Part shown: piece by piece, positions 19,670 to 30,073 of the stretch
Layout of the letters: each line of letters begins with the position of its first letter
Position numbering within the stretch: the first letter of the stretch is position 1
Source: an uncultured Thermoleophilia bacterium
GTDB taxonomy: Bacteria > Actinomycetota > Thermoleophilia > Miltoncostaeales > Miltoncostaeaceae
Reading direction: 5' to 3'
Assembly (NCBI GenBank): GCA_963806585.1
Contig: CAWDYN010000007.1
Coordinates: 377,375-441,374, forward strand
Length of the DNA: 64,000 nucleotides
Notes under the pieces: generated by a model
The model's input: the letters and a program-made list of their open reading frames with translations, nothing else
What the model was told of the DNA's origin: nothing
The model's database searches: none
Program-made: the position numbers and the translations under genes

Positions 19670-21133
19670 CTGAGGCTCGTTCCGGGCGAGGAGTTCGGCC
19701 GCTACCGCATCGAGGCCGAGATCGGCCGCGGCGGACAGGCGGTCGTCTACCGGGCGACCCAGGTCAACCTCGATCGCCAGGTCGCCCTCAAGGTCTTCGA
19801 CGAGGGCTACCTCAACCGCGCCGGGGCCCTCGAGCGCTTCCGCCGGGAGGCGATCGCGGCCGGGCGCCTGGAGCACCCGCGCATCGTCCCGGTGTACGAC
19901 GCCGGCGAGACCGAGGGGCGCGCCTTCATGTCGATGCGGCTGGTGCCGGGCGACAGCCTCGCCGAGCGCATCGCGCGCAACGGGGCCCTGCCCCCGACCG
20001 AGGCGCTCGCGGTGCTGACCGACATCGGCGAGGCCATCGACTTCGCCCACGCGCGCGGCACGGTGCACCGCGACGTGAAGACGGCCAACATCCTGCTCGA
20101 CCCCGAGGGCGCCTCGTACCTGAGCGACTTCGGGCTGGTGCGGCTGGACGACATGCCCGGCCTGACGCGCCGCGGCGACTGGCTCGGCACGGCCGAGTAC
20201 GTCAGCCCCGAGCAGGTCGAGGGCGAGCCGGCCACGCCCGGATCGGACCTCTACTCCCTGGCCGTGGTCGCCTTCGAGACCCTCACCGGGCGACCGCCCT
20301 TCGTGCGGCGCGAGCCCAGCGCGGTGCTGCTGGCCCACGTCCGCGACGCGCCGCCCGACGCCTCCTCGATCGCGCCCGGCCTGCCGCCCGCGGTGGACGA
20401 GGTGCTGGCCCGCGGGCTGGCCAAGGAGCCCCGGGAGCGCCCCGAGAGCGCGGAGGAGCTGATCGGGGAGCTGCGGGCCGCTCTCGGCGTGGCCGGGCGG
20501 CGCCCGGCGCTGGCGGTCGCCGGCGGCGCCGTCGCCGACCCGTGGGACACCGCCCTCACGCGCTTCGAGGGGACCTCGGCGGGCGCGAGCGATGCGGCGG
20601 GAGACGACGCCGGCGAGTACGTCCCGGTGCCGGAGCGGCTCACCCAGGCCTTCGGCGACGCCGCCCGGCGACGGAGCATCGCCATGAAGCGCGACGTCGC
20701 GATCGCCGCCGGCGTCGCCGCGGCGGTCCTGCTGCTGACGGCGGGCGTGGGGGGCTGGATCCTCGGCTCCTCGAGCGCCGACGCCTCCGGGGCGAAGGCC
20801 GAGGGCTACGCGGCGGGCGTCGCCGCCGGCAAGACCGCGGGGACCGCGGCGGGCACTCGCGAGGGCCGCATCGCGGGCAAGAAGGAGGGCCTGGCGCAGG
20901 GACGCAAGACCGGCTTCGCGGCGGGCAAGAAGGCCGGCGTCGAGGAGGGCCGCGCCGCGGGGGTCGCCTCGGGGATCGCGCAGGGCCGCCAGTCGGCCCT
21001 CGGCGGCCTGGGCGCGGGATGGTACGTCGTGCAGATCGGCGGCGACGGCATCACCAGCTCGCAGCCGGTGAACCCGGATGCGAGCACGTGCTACGCCGTC
21101 AGCGGGGGCACGGTCCTCAGCGGACCCTGCTGA
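19670..21133 (+). CDS. membrane Ser/Thr protein kinase
   Basis: IGRGGQAVVY, VALK, HRDVKTANIL, SDFGL, YVSPEQ, DLYSL; TM then GxxxG repeat tail; kinase N-lobe lies upstream of the listed ORF start, apparent CTG start at 19670. Confidence 0.92.
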   Translation: MRLVPGEEFGRYRIEAEIGRGGQAVVYRATQVNLDRQVALKVFDEGYLNRAGALERFRREAIAAGRLEHPRIVPVYDAGETEGRAFMSMRLVPGDSLAERIARNGALPPTEALAVLTDIGEAIDFAHARGTVHRDVKTANILLDPEGASYLSDFGLVRLDDMPGLTRRGDWLGTAEYVSPEQVEGEPATPGSDLYSLAVVAFETLTGRPPFVRREPSAVLLAHVRDAPPDASSIAPGLPPAVDEVLARGLAKEPRERPESAEELIGELRAALGVAGRRPALAVAGGAVADPWDTALTRFEGTSAGASDAAGDDAGEYVPVPERLTQAFGDAARRRSIAMKRDVAIAAGVAAAVLLLTAGVGGWILGSSSADASGAKAEGYAAGVAAGKTAGTAAGTREGRIAGKKEGLAQGRKTGFAAGKKAGVEEGRAAGVASGIAQGRQSALGGLGAGWYVVQIGGDGITSSQPVNPDASTCYAVSGGTVLSGPC

Positions 21134-21833
21134 CGCCCGTCGCGGCGAGCCGGCCGCGCGCCCGCAGATAGCGGGTGACCGCCGTGCTCACGGCGGCGGC
21201 GATCGGGTTGAGCCTGCGCAGGAAGGCGTCGTCCACGCCGGGCGCGCCGGCCTCCACGAGCACGCGCGCCCCGGCCCGGGTGCGGTAGTAGCCGTAGTAG
21301 CGCATCATCCGCACGTTGCCGCGGCGCGGCTCGACCCCGCTGAAGCCGCCGTAGGCGCCGTTGGCGCGCGTGTGGATGGCGCCGAGGGTCGCCCCGAGGC
21401 GCGTGGCCAGGTTGCGCGAGTTGCGCTCGACCGCCCTCGACACCGTGGTCGCCGGCCGGTGCCGGGCGCTGTCGGCGTACGGCACCGGGCTGGCGGTGCC
21501 GAAGCCCTCGCCGTGGTACCAGTTCTCCCCCGCGCCGCTGACGGCGTAGCCGATGGCGGCGTGACCGCCCGGGGAGTCGTGGTGCAGGCTGATGAACACG
21601 GCGCCGCGCGCCGCGTAGGGGGTCACCCGTCCGGGGGTCCGGCGCGCGTCCACGCCGGCGGCCCTCAGGCGCGCGACGACCCTGGCCGCAAGGCGCGTGG
21701 TGAAGCCGACCTCGCTGCCGAAGGGACCGGAGCCGGCCCCGGTCTGGGCCGTGTACCCGGGCTCGCGCGGGCCCTGGTGCCCGGCCTGCACCCACACGAT
21801 CGGCGCCGGCGGGGTGGCGTGGGCGGCGATCAC
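21117..21833 (-). CDS. N-acetylmuramoyl-L-alanine amidase-like protein (Amidase_3)
   Basis: VQAGH..., SEV, FISLHHD, VLVEAG zinc/catalytic motifs; GTGA overlap with trpA. Confidence 0.75.
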   Translation of the reverse strand: MIAAHATPPAPIVWVQAGHQGPREPGYTAQTGAGSGPFGSEVGFTTRLAARVVARLRAAGVDARRTPGRVTPYAARGAVFISLHHDSPGGHAAIGYAVSGAGENWYHGEGFGTASPVPYADSARHRPATTVSRAVERNSRNLATRLGATLGAIHTRANGAYGGFSGVEPRRGNVRMMRYYGYYRTRAGARVLVEAGAPGVDDAFLRRLNPIAAAVSTAVTRYLRARGRLAATGVSRVR

Positions 21834-22637
21834 CGCGCCGCGGCCATCCCGCGCAGGGCGTCGATCGCCTCGGCCGCGAAGTCCTCGACGGCGGCCTCGG
21901 CCGCCGCGGCGTCGGGCGCCTCGTCGATGCGGCGGATGAGCTCGCTGGCCACGATCACCCCGTCGGCGATCGCGCCGACGGCGGCGACGTGCGCGGGCGT
22001 GCGGATGCCGAAGCCCACCGCGAGGGGTGCCTCGATCTCGGCCCGGGCACGCGCGAGGAACGCCCTCAGGGTCGCGTCCACCTGGACCTCGCCGCCGGTC
22101 ACCCCGGTCACCGCGACGCAGTAGACGAACCCGTCGGCCGCGCGGCCGATCTCGGCGAGCCGCGGTCGAGGTGGTCGTGGGGGCCGCGAGCGGCACCACG
22201 CTGACGCCGGCCCGGCGGGCCTGGTCGCGGACGTCGGCGCCCTCGTCGATGGGCAGGTCCGGGATGATGACCCCGGCGACGCCCGCCCGCGCGGCCCGCT
22301 CCATGAACGCGCGCGGGCCCGCGGCCAGGATGATGTTGACGTAGGTCATGAGCACGACCGGCGGGCCGCCCCGCAGGCTCTCGGCGATCGCGATGACGTC
22401 CTCGGGGCGGGTCCCGTTGTCGAGGGCCCTCTGCCCGGCGGCCTGGATCGTGGGGCCGTCGGCGAGGGGGTCCGAGAAGGGGATTCCGAGCTCGATCAGG
22501 TCGGCGTGCCGGCCGGCCGCCGCCGCGTGCGCGACGCTCGCCTCCAGGGTGGGGAAGCCGCCCATCACGTAGGGCATGAACAGCGGGCGACCGGCGCCCG
22601 CGAAGGCGGCGCGGATGCGCGCCCCGCCCTCAGTCAT
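21830..22637 (-). CDS. trpA: tryptophan synthase alpha subunit (frameshifted)
   Basis: [38 protein letters not shown]. Confidence 0.95.
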
Positions 22638-23837
22638 CGATGCCCAGAGCGACCCCGACGGCGTCCACGTCCTTGTCCCCGCGCCCGGACAGGCACACGA
22701 GCACCGGTCCCGCCGCCCCGAGGGCCGTCCCCTCGCGCGCCAGCAGCGCCAGCGCGTGCGAGCTCTCGAGCGCCGGGATGATGCCCTCGGCGCGCGAGCA
22801 GGCCTGGAAGGCGGCCAGCGCCTCGGCGTCGGTCGCGCTGACGTAGCGGACCCGGCCCGTGTCGCGCAGGTGGCTGTGCTCCGGCCCGACTCCGGGGTAG
22901 TCGAGGCCGGCCGAGATCGAGTGCGGCTCGGCCACCTGGCCGTCGGCGTCCTGGAGCAGGTACGAGTAGGTGCCGTGCAGGACGCCCGGGCGGCCGTGGC
23001 CCAGCGACGCGCCGTGGCGGCCGGTCTCGATGCCCTCGCCGCCCGCCTCGACCCCGACCAGCGCCACCTCGGCGTCGTCGAGGAAGGGGCGGAAGATCCC
23101 GATCGCGTTGGAGCCCCCGCCGATGCAGGCGACCACGGAGCCGGGCAGCCGCCCCTCCTCGGCCAGCATCTGCGCGCGCGCCTCCACGCCGATCACGGAC
23201 TGGAGCTCGGCGACGATCTCGGGATAGGGGGCCGGGCCGGCGGCCGTTCCGATGACGTAGTGGGTCTCCCCCACGTTGGTGACCCAGTCGCGGATCGCCT
23301 CGTTGAGCGCGTCCTTGAGCGTGCCGATCCCCGAATCGACGGGGCGCACCTCCGCGCCCAGCATGCGCATCCGGATCACGTTCAGGCGCTGGCGGGCCAT
23401 GTCAACGCGGCCCATGTACACGCAGCACTCCAGGCCGAGCAGCGCGGCGGCCGTGGCCGTGGCGACCCCGTGCTGGCCGGCCCCGGTCTCGGCGATGATG
23501 CGCTTCTTGCCCATGCGCGAGGCGAGCAGCACCTGGCCCAGCGCGTTGTTGATCTTGTGCGCGCCGGTGTGACAGAGGTCCTCGCGCTTGAGGTACAGCC
23601 GCTCGACGCCGTAGCGCCTTCTCCAGGCCCGCGCGCGCGGTAGAGCGGGGTGGGCCGGCCCACGTAGCGGTCGAGCAGGCCCTCCAGCTCGGCGCGGAAC
23701 GCGGGGTCCTCGCGGAAGCGCAGGTAGGCGGCGTCGAGCTCGTCGAGCGCCGCGATCACGGTCTCGGGCACGTAGCGCCCGCCGAAGATCCCGTAGCGGG
23801 CGGCGAGGACCCCGTCGGACGCGCCGGAGGCGCTCAC
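22630..23837 (-). CDS. trpB: tryptophan synthase beta subunit (frameshifted)
   Basis: [51 protein letters not shown]. Confidence 0.97.
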
Positions 23838-24479
23838 GCGACCACGCTCCCCACGCCGGCGACCGCCGCGACGAACGCGCGCACGCGCTCGGGGTCCTTG
23901 CGCCCCGGGGCGCTCTCGACCCCGCTCGAGACGTCCACCAGCACCGGCCGACAGGCGACCGGCGGCCTCGGCGACGTTCTCGGGCCGCAGCCCCCCGGCG
24001 AGGGCGAACGGCCGGCCCAGGCCGAGGTCGCCCAGCAGGGACCAGTCGAACGCCGTGCCCGTGCCGCCGTGCCGCCCCGCCACGGCCGCGTCGAGCAGGA
24101 CGAGGTCGGCCGCGCTGGCGCGGGCGTCCGCGAGCGATGCCGCGTCGCGCACGCCGATCGCCTGGATCACCGGCAGCCCCGCGACGCGCCGCGCCTCCGC
24201 CGGATCGCAGTCGGCGTCCACCTGGAGGTGGGACAGAGCCGGCCTCCCGCGCGACGTCGGCCATCTCGCCGCGCGGAGGCGCCGACGAACACGCCCACCC
24301 GCGCGAGCGCCCGCGGGCAGCGCCGCCAGCACCCGCGCGGCGGTCGCCGCGTCAACCCGGCGCGGGCTGTCCGCGGCGAAGACCACCCCGATGCCCCACA
24401 GCCCGTGACGCGCGCACGCCGCGGCGTCCTCGGGGGTGGTGAGGCCGCAGACCTTGACGGCGACGGCGCCGGCCCTCAG
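23834..24479 (-). CDS. trpF: phosphoribosylanthranilate isomerase (frameshifted)
   Basis: VKVCGLT, SPRRV, LLDA...[26 protein letters not shown]. Confidence 0.93.
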
Positions 24480-25682
24480 GCAACATCGACGGAGACCTCC
24501 GGGGCCGACCCCGTCCAGCGCGGCAGGAAGACGCGCACCGTCGTGCCGGAGCCCGGCGCGCTCGTGATGTCGAACGAGCCGCCGAGGATCTGCGCGCGGT
24601 CGCGCATGCCGTACAGGCCGAAGCGGGCCAGCGGCATGCCCGGGCGACGGCGCTGCACCTCGTCCGGGTCGAACCCGCGCCGTCGTCGCGCACCTCCAGG
24701 GTCACGCCGCCCTCGGCGTCGACCGCCCGCACGTCACCTTCGTGGCGCGGCCGTGGCGCTGGGCATTGGTGAGGGTCTCCTGGAGGATGCGATAGAGGGT
24801 GATCCGCTGGGTGATGGATACACCGTTCACCGGGAAATCGCCGACCCATTCGGTGGTCGTCTCCACGTCGGCTGCGCCCCTGGAAGGCGGCGACGGCGTC
24901 CTCGAGGATGTCCACGAGGCGGCGATCCTCGAACTGCGCCGGGCGCAGGTGGCCGATGAGCTCGCGCATCTCGTGGAGCGCGCCCCCGACCGTCTCGTAG
25001 ATGCGGCCGACGCGCCGGACGGATCGACGCCGGCGTCGGCAGCGCGCCGTCCTCGGCGTCCGCGAGGTCGGCCTCGAGCAGCTGCACCTCGAGCATGGCC
25101 ACCGAGAGCTGCTGGGTGGGCCCGTCGTGGATGTCGAGGCCCATGCGGCCGAGCATGCGCTCGTCGGTGGCCAGGATCTGGGCCATCGCGCGCTCGAGAT
25201 TGTCGCGCATGCGCACGATGTCGATCAGCGTGCCGATCCGCCACGCGCCCACCCGGACCGCGTGGCGGGCGACGGGGTCCGCCGAGAGGCGCTCGGCGGC
25301 CGGCGACCATCACCAGGCGCCCGATAGGCGCGCGACCGGGACGGCGATCCCCCAGGGCGCGCCAGCGCGGCGAGCGCGTGCCGAGAGCGCGCCGGCGGCG
25401 CCCGGCGTGATCTCCACCTCGTCCTCGACGCCGTCGCCCTCGATCGCCTCCGCGACGCCGATCGCCACGTCGTCGGGGACGCCCGCGGCCGCCACCAGCC
25501 GGCCCGCGGCCTCGCGGGGATCGTGCGTCCACACGACGGCGACGGTGGCGCCGGTGGCGTCACGGATCACGTCCGCCAGGCCGGCCACGGCCGCGTCCCC
25601 GCGGGCGGGATCGGCGTCGGCCGAGGTGATCGCGACGAGAGCCGCCACCGCGGCGGGGGACGGATGGTTCGGCGGACGCCAT
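24476..25682 (-). CDS. soluble sensor histidine kinase, GAF-like + HisKA_3 + HATPase (frameshifted)
   Basis: DIHDGPTQ H-box, [31 protein letters not shown]...SAPGSGTTV; no TM seen; -10 TACGAT before ATG 25682. Confidence 0.88.
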
Positions 25683-25738
25683 ATCGGATCAATCGTACCG
25701 ATACCGCCCGGTCGGCCCCCGAACCGCCCAATCGCCTA

Positions 25739-25800
25739 TACCTCTTGATACCTGGAACTACCAAGGCGTCTAGGGGACCTGACGCTGTATGGGGCGTAGG
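25739..25800. promoter_or_regulatory. phased TACC direct-repeat array, candidate response-regulator binding region
   Basis: TACC at 25739, 25749, 25759 (exact 10-nt period) followed by TAGGGG/TATGGGG/TAGGG in an AT-rich divergent intergenic region. Confidence 0.55.
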
Positions 25801-25864
25801 GTTTTTGCCGCGATAGCCGCTGTTTCCGTGCTGTCCCTGGCGACCGAAGGGAGGGTCCGGCCCG

Positions 25865-26244
25865 TTGGTTCGTGTGCTCCTGGCGGACGATAACGCGCGA
25901 TTCCGAGGGGTGCTCCGGCGCCTGCTCGAGCGCGACCCCGAGATCGTCGTCGTCGCCGAGGCCGGCGGATGGCGCCGAGGCGCTCGAGTCCGCCGCCGAG
26001 CTGCTCCCCGACGTGGTCCTGATGGACGTGTCGATGCCCGGCCTCGACGGGCTCGAGGCGACCTACGCCCTGAAGAGCGCAGCACCCGGATGTGACGGTC
26101 CTGATGCTCTCGGTGGGCGACAAGGAGCAGGAGATCGCCGCGGGCCTCGCCGGCGGAGCGGCCGAGTACCTGGTCAAGGGCGGCCCGGCGCGCGAGATCG
26201 TGGACGCGATCAAGCGCTACGGCCCCGTTCCCGGTACCGCCTGA
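25865..26244 (+). CDS. single-domain response regulator (NarL-type receiver only; frameshifted)
   Basis: VLLADD, VVLMDVSMPGLDG, YLVKG; ends after about 126 aa without output domain. Confidence 0.85.
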
Positions 26245-26334
26245 GCCTCCGCGGGGCGGCGTCGCGGGTCTCATCGGCGTGCGGAGCCGGTGGTCGCACG
26301 GCCGGGAATCCCGATAGGCTGCCGCGGACCGCTT

Positions 26335-26363
26335 CTCAAGGACGGCATCGGCGCCGCCGATAG
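26335..26363 (+). promoter_or_regulatory. sigma28 (FliA/WhiG)-type promoter CTCAAG-N15-GCCGATAG
   Basis: Near-consensus -10 GCCGATA at 26356 with CTCAAG -35; GTG start 7 nt after the -10. Confidence 0.65.
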
Positions 26364-26370
26364 TCCCTTC

Positions 26371-27048
26371 GTGGCCACCACCAACGTGCCGAATCCCGTC
26401 TCCCCCGACCAAGACGCCCCTCCGCGTCGCCATCGCGGACGACCACCGGCTGATGCTCGACGGCATCAAGCGGGCGCTCGAGACCGCTCCCGACATCAAG
26501 GTCGTGGGCGAGGCGATGAGCGGCGAGGAGATGCTGACCCTCGTCCCGCGGGTGCGGCCCGGACGTGGTGATCCTGGATCTGCGGATGCCCAAGGGCGAC
26601 GGCCTGACGACGCTGGCGGCGCTGCGCAAGGACTACCCGGACCTGAAGATCATCATCCTCTCGATGTTCGAGGACTCCGAGCACATCGACCAGGCGCTCC
26701 ACCAGGGCGCCTCCGGCTACGTCGTCAAGTCGATCAACCCGCTCGACCTGCCGTCCACCATCCGCCAGGTCGTCGAGGGCACGGTCTACCACCCGCGCGG
26801 GCGCGGCGGCGAGGGCGGCGCGAGCTCCGGGCGGCTCCGGCAGCGGGCACCCGGGCGGCCTCACCGACCGCGAGCTGTCGATCCTGCGCCTGGTCGCCGA
26901 GGGCCTCTCCAACCTCGACATCGCCAGCAAGCTCTACGTGACCGAGCAGACGGTGAAGTTCCACCTCTCGAACATCTACCGCAAGCTCGGCGTGGGGAAC
27001 CGCACCGAGGCGACCCGCTTCGCCTACCGGAACGGCATGATCGAGTAG
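26371..27048 (+). CDS. NarL/LuxR family DNA-binding response regulator (frameshifted)
   Basis: IADDHRLM, ILDLRMP, YVVKS, LTDRELSILRLVAEGLSNLDIASKLYVTEQTVKFHLSNIYRKLGV. Confidence 0.93.
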
Positions 27049-27061
27049 CAGCAGGTCCGCC

Positions 27062-27077
27062 CCGGCGCGTACGCCGG
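27062..27077 (+). terminator. short GC hairpin after response regulator
   Basis: CCGGCG-CGTA-CGCCGG; no U-tract. Confidence 0.3.
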
Positions 27078-27164
27078 CCTGGGTAAGCGGCACCCCGTGT
27101 GCCAGACTCCCGGGGATGGCCCCGATCACGCTGCCCACCACACCCCTCACCGCCCGGGCGGACG

Positions 27165-28170
27165 ATGGCGAACCTTCCGAAGATCCGCCGAGGCCAGGGG
27201 CGCGGGCCGGGACCCGCGAACGCATCCGACGCTGAGCGCGCGCGGCCGGACATCCAGCGCCTCGAGGCGTCGGGTCTCACCTGGCTGAACATCGAGGCCC
27301 CGACCGAGATCGAGACGGCCTGGCTGGCCGAGCACTACGAGTTCCACCCCCTCGATCTCGAGGACGTGATCTCGCGCCGGCGCCAGCGGGCGAAGATCGA
27401 CGAGTACGCCGACTACCTGTTCATCGTCCTGCACTTCCCGCGCTTCGACAAGCGCACGGGCCGCCTGCAGGCGACCGAGCTGAACATCTTCGTGGCGGAG
27501 GACCTCGTCATCACGCTGCCCAACGAGCCGCTCAAGCCGCTCAGCGCCCTCTGGTCGCGATGCGAGCGCAGCGAATCGTCGCGCGAGCAGTACATGAGCA
27601 AGGGCTCGGGCTACCTGCTCTACGAGATCGTCAACACCATGTACGACTACTGCTTCCCGATCCTGGACAAGATCGGGTTCAAGCTCGACTCGATCGAGGA
27701 CGCCCTCTTCGAGGGCGAGAGCGACGACCTGGTGCGCGACATCTCGAACATCAAGCAGGAGATCATCAACTACCGCAAGATCGTGAAGCCCCAGCGGCCC
27801 ACCCTGCGGCTGCTCGAGCGCAGCAACCAGCGCTACGCGCCGCAGGACCTGGAGATCTACTTCGACGACATCGTCGACAAGAGCGAGCGGATCTGGGACC
27901 TGCTGGAGAACTACAAGGAGGTCGGCGGAGGCCCTCGAGGCGACCAACGAGTCGGTGATCACGCACAAGCTCAACGACATCATCCGGCTGCTCACGATCC
28001 TGTCGGCCGTGATGCTGCCGATGACGCTGATCACCGGCGTCTACGGGATGAACACCGACACGCTGCCGTTCGCCCACGCGGGCGCCTTCTCGTTCGTCTT
28101 CCCGCTGGTGCTGATGCTCGGCGTGGCCGCCGGGCTCCTGGCCTGGTTCCGGCACAAGCGGTGGCTGTAG
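27165..28170 (+). CDS. corA: CorA family Mg2+/Co2+ transporter (one frameshift)
   Basis: FHPLDLEDV, QRAKIDEY, LITGVYGMN signature, two C-terminal TMs. Confidence 0.93.
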
Positions 28171-28205
28171 GCGCCCCCGGGCCCCCCGACCGGGGCCCCG
28201 ACATC

Positions 28206-28706
28206 ATGTGGTCGCCGTGGCGCATGTCCTACGTCTCCGCCGAGAAGGAGACCGGCCCGGACGGGCCCGTCTGCGTGTTCTGCGATCTGCCCTCGCGCGC
28301 ACGACGATGCCCGCAGCTACATCCTGTACCGTGGCGCGCGCGCGTTCGTGATCATGAACCTCTACCCGTACAACAACGGGCACCTGATGGTGGTCCCGTA
28401 CGCGCCACGTGGCCGACCTCGGCCGCGCTCGACGAGCGCCGAGATCGACGAGTGCTCAGCGCCTGCGCGCAGCGATCGCAGGCCGTCGTCGCAGACGGCG
28501 ATGCGGCCCCAGGGCTTCAACCTCGGGATCAACCAGGGCGCGCGGCCGGCGCCGGGGATCGCCGACGCACATCCACATGCACCTGCGTGCCGCGCTGGGC
28601 GGGCGACACCAACTTCATGCCGGCCTCGGCGGACGTGCGCGTGATGCCGCAGCACCTCGACGAGACCTACCAAGCTCCTCCTACGCGTGGGGTTCGCGGC
28701 GAATGA
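28206..28706 (+). CDS. HIT family hydrolase (Ap4A phosphorylase-like; frameshifted)
   Basis: WSPWRMSY, CVFC, NLYPYNNGHLMVVP, GFNLGINQG, HIHMH, PRWAGDTNFM. Confidence 0.9.
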   Translation: MWSPWRMSYVSAEKETGPDGPVCVFCDLPSRARRCPQLHPVPWRARVRDHEPLPVQQRAPDGGPVRATWPTSAALDERRDRRVLSACAQRSQAVVADGDAAPGLQPRDQPGRAAGAGDRRRTSTCTCVPRWAGDTNFMPASADVRVMPQHLDETYQAPPTRGVRGE

Positions 28707-30073
28707 CCATCGACCCGAGCGCCTTCAAGGCCTACGACGTGCGCGGCATCTACCCCGGCGCAGCTCGACGAGGAGGGCGCCGAGCGCGTCGGCTCCGCCT
28801 TCGTCGCAGTGACCGGCGCGAAGCGCGTCGCCGTCGGCCACGACATGCGCACTCTCCTCGCCGTCGATCGCCGAGGCCTTCACCGACGGCGCGATGGCCG
28901 GCCGGGCGCCGACGTCGTCGAGCTCGGGCTGTGCGCCACCGAGATGCTCTACTTCGCCGTCGCCGAGGGCGGCTTCGACGCGGGCGCTGCATCACCGCCA
29001 GCCACAACCCGCCCCAGTACACCGGCGTCAAGATGGTCAGCGCGGGCGCCGTGCCGCTGTCGGGCGACACGGGCATCGGCGAGGTGGGCCGGCATCGCCA
29101 TCGCGGGCGCCGCCGCGGGCGGCGTCGCCGGGGACCGCGCAGCGTGCGACGAGGGCCTGCTCGAGCGCTTCGTGCGCCAAGCTGCCTGAGCTTCGTCGAC
29201 CCGGACGCGATCCGCGGCCTGCGCGTGGTGTTCGACGCCGCCAACGGCATGTCGGGCGTCTACCTGCCGCCGGTGCTCGAGCGGCTCGACATCGACGCGG
29301 TGCCCTTCTTCCTCGACCCCGACGGGCACGTTCCCCAACCACGAGCCCAACCCGCTGCTGCCCGAGAACCGCGAGTTCATCATGGCCAAGGTGCGCGAGG
29401 ACGAGGGCCGACCTGGGCATCGCATTCGACGGCGACGCGGACCGCTGCTTCTTCATCGACGACACCGGGCGAGTTCGTCGCCGGCGACTTCCTCACCGCG
29501 CTGCTCGCGCGCCACCTTCTGGCGCGCACCGGGCCCGACGGCCGTGGTCTACGACCTGCGCGCCTCGCTGGGCCGTGCGCGACACCATCGAGGCCGCCGG
29601 CGGCACGGCCGACATGTACCGGGTCGGGCCACGCCTTCATCAAGCAGCGCATGCGGCGAGATCGACGCGATCTTCGCGGGCGAGGTCAGCGGCCACTACT
29701 ACTTCCGCGACTTCTCCTTCGCCGACACCGGCGCTGATCCCGGCGCTGCTGGTGCTGGAGATGGTGGCCACCAGGCGGCCGCCCGCTGTCGGAGCCTGGT
29801 CGCCGAGTTCCGCTCGCAGGTACCACATCTCCGGCGAGATCAACTCCACCGTCGCCGACGCGCCCGGCCGCCATCCAGCGCATCCGCGAGCGCTACGCCG
29901 ACGGCCGCCAGGCCGAGATCGACGGCCTGTCGGTCGACTACGACGACTGGCACTTCAACGTGCGCTCGTCGAACACCGAGCCGCTGCTGCGCCTCAACCT
30001 CGAGTCGCTCGTGTCGGAGGCCGACATGGAGCGCCGCCGCGACGAGGTGCTCGAGGTGATCCTCTCCGGGTGA
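28703..30073 (+). CDS. manB: phosphomannomutase/phosphoglucomutase (multiple frameshifts)
   Basis: FKAYDVRG, TASHNP, FDGDADR, GEVSGHYYF, SGEIN, RSSNTEPLLRLNLE. Confidence 0.92.

Noticed and set aside
20800-21000. CRISPR or tandem DNA repeat
   Set aside because: The 12-nt periodicity is the protein GxxxG repeat; no constant repeat-spacer array or cas gene was seen in the window.
21117-22637. Apparent TrpA-amidase fusion (also CorA-HIT, MoaD and M23 extensions) in the ORF track
   Set aside because: Produced by single indels or open upstream frames; each part has its own start and overlap junction.
27049-27164. M-box riboswitch before corA
   Set aside because: Leader is short and lacks recognisable ykoK conserved segments; only a small hairpin is present.
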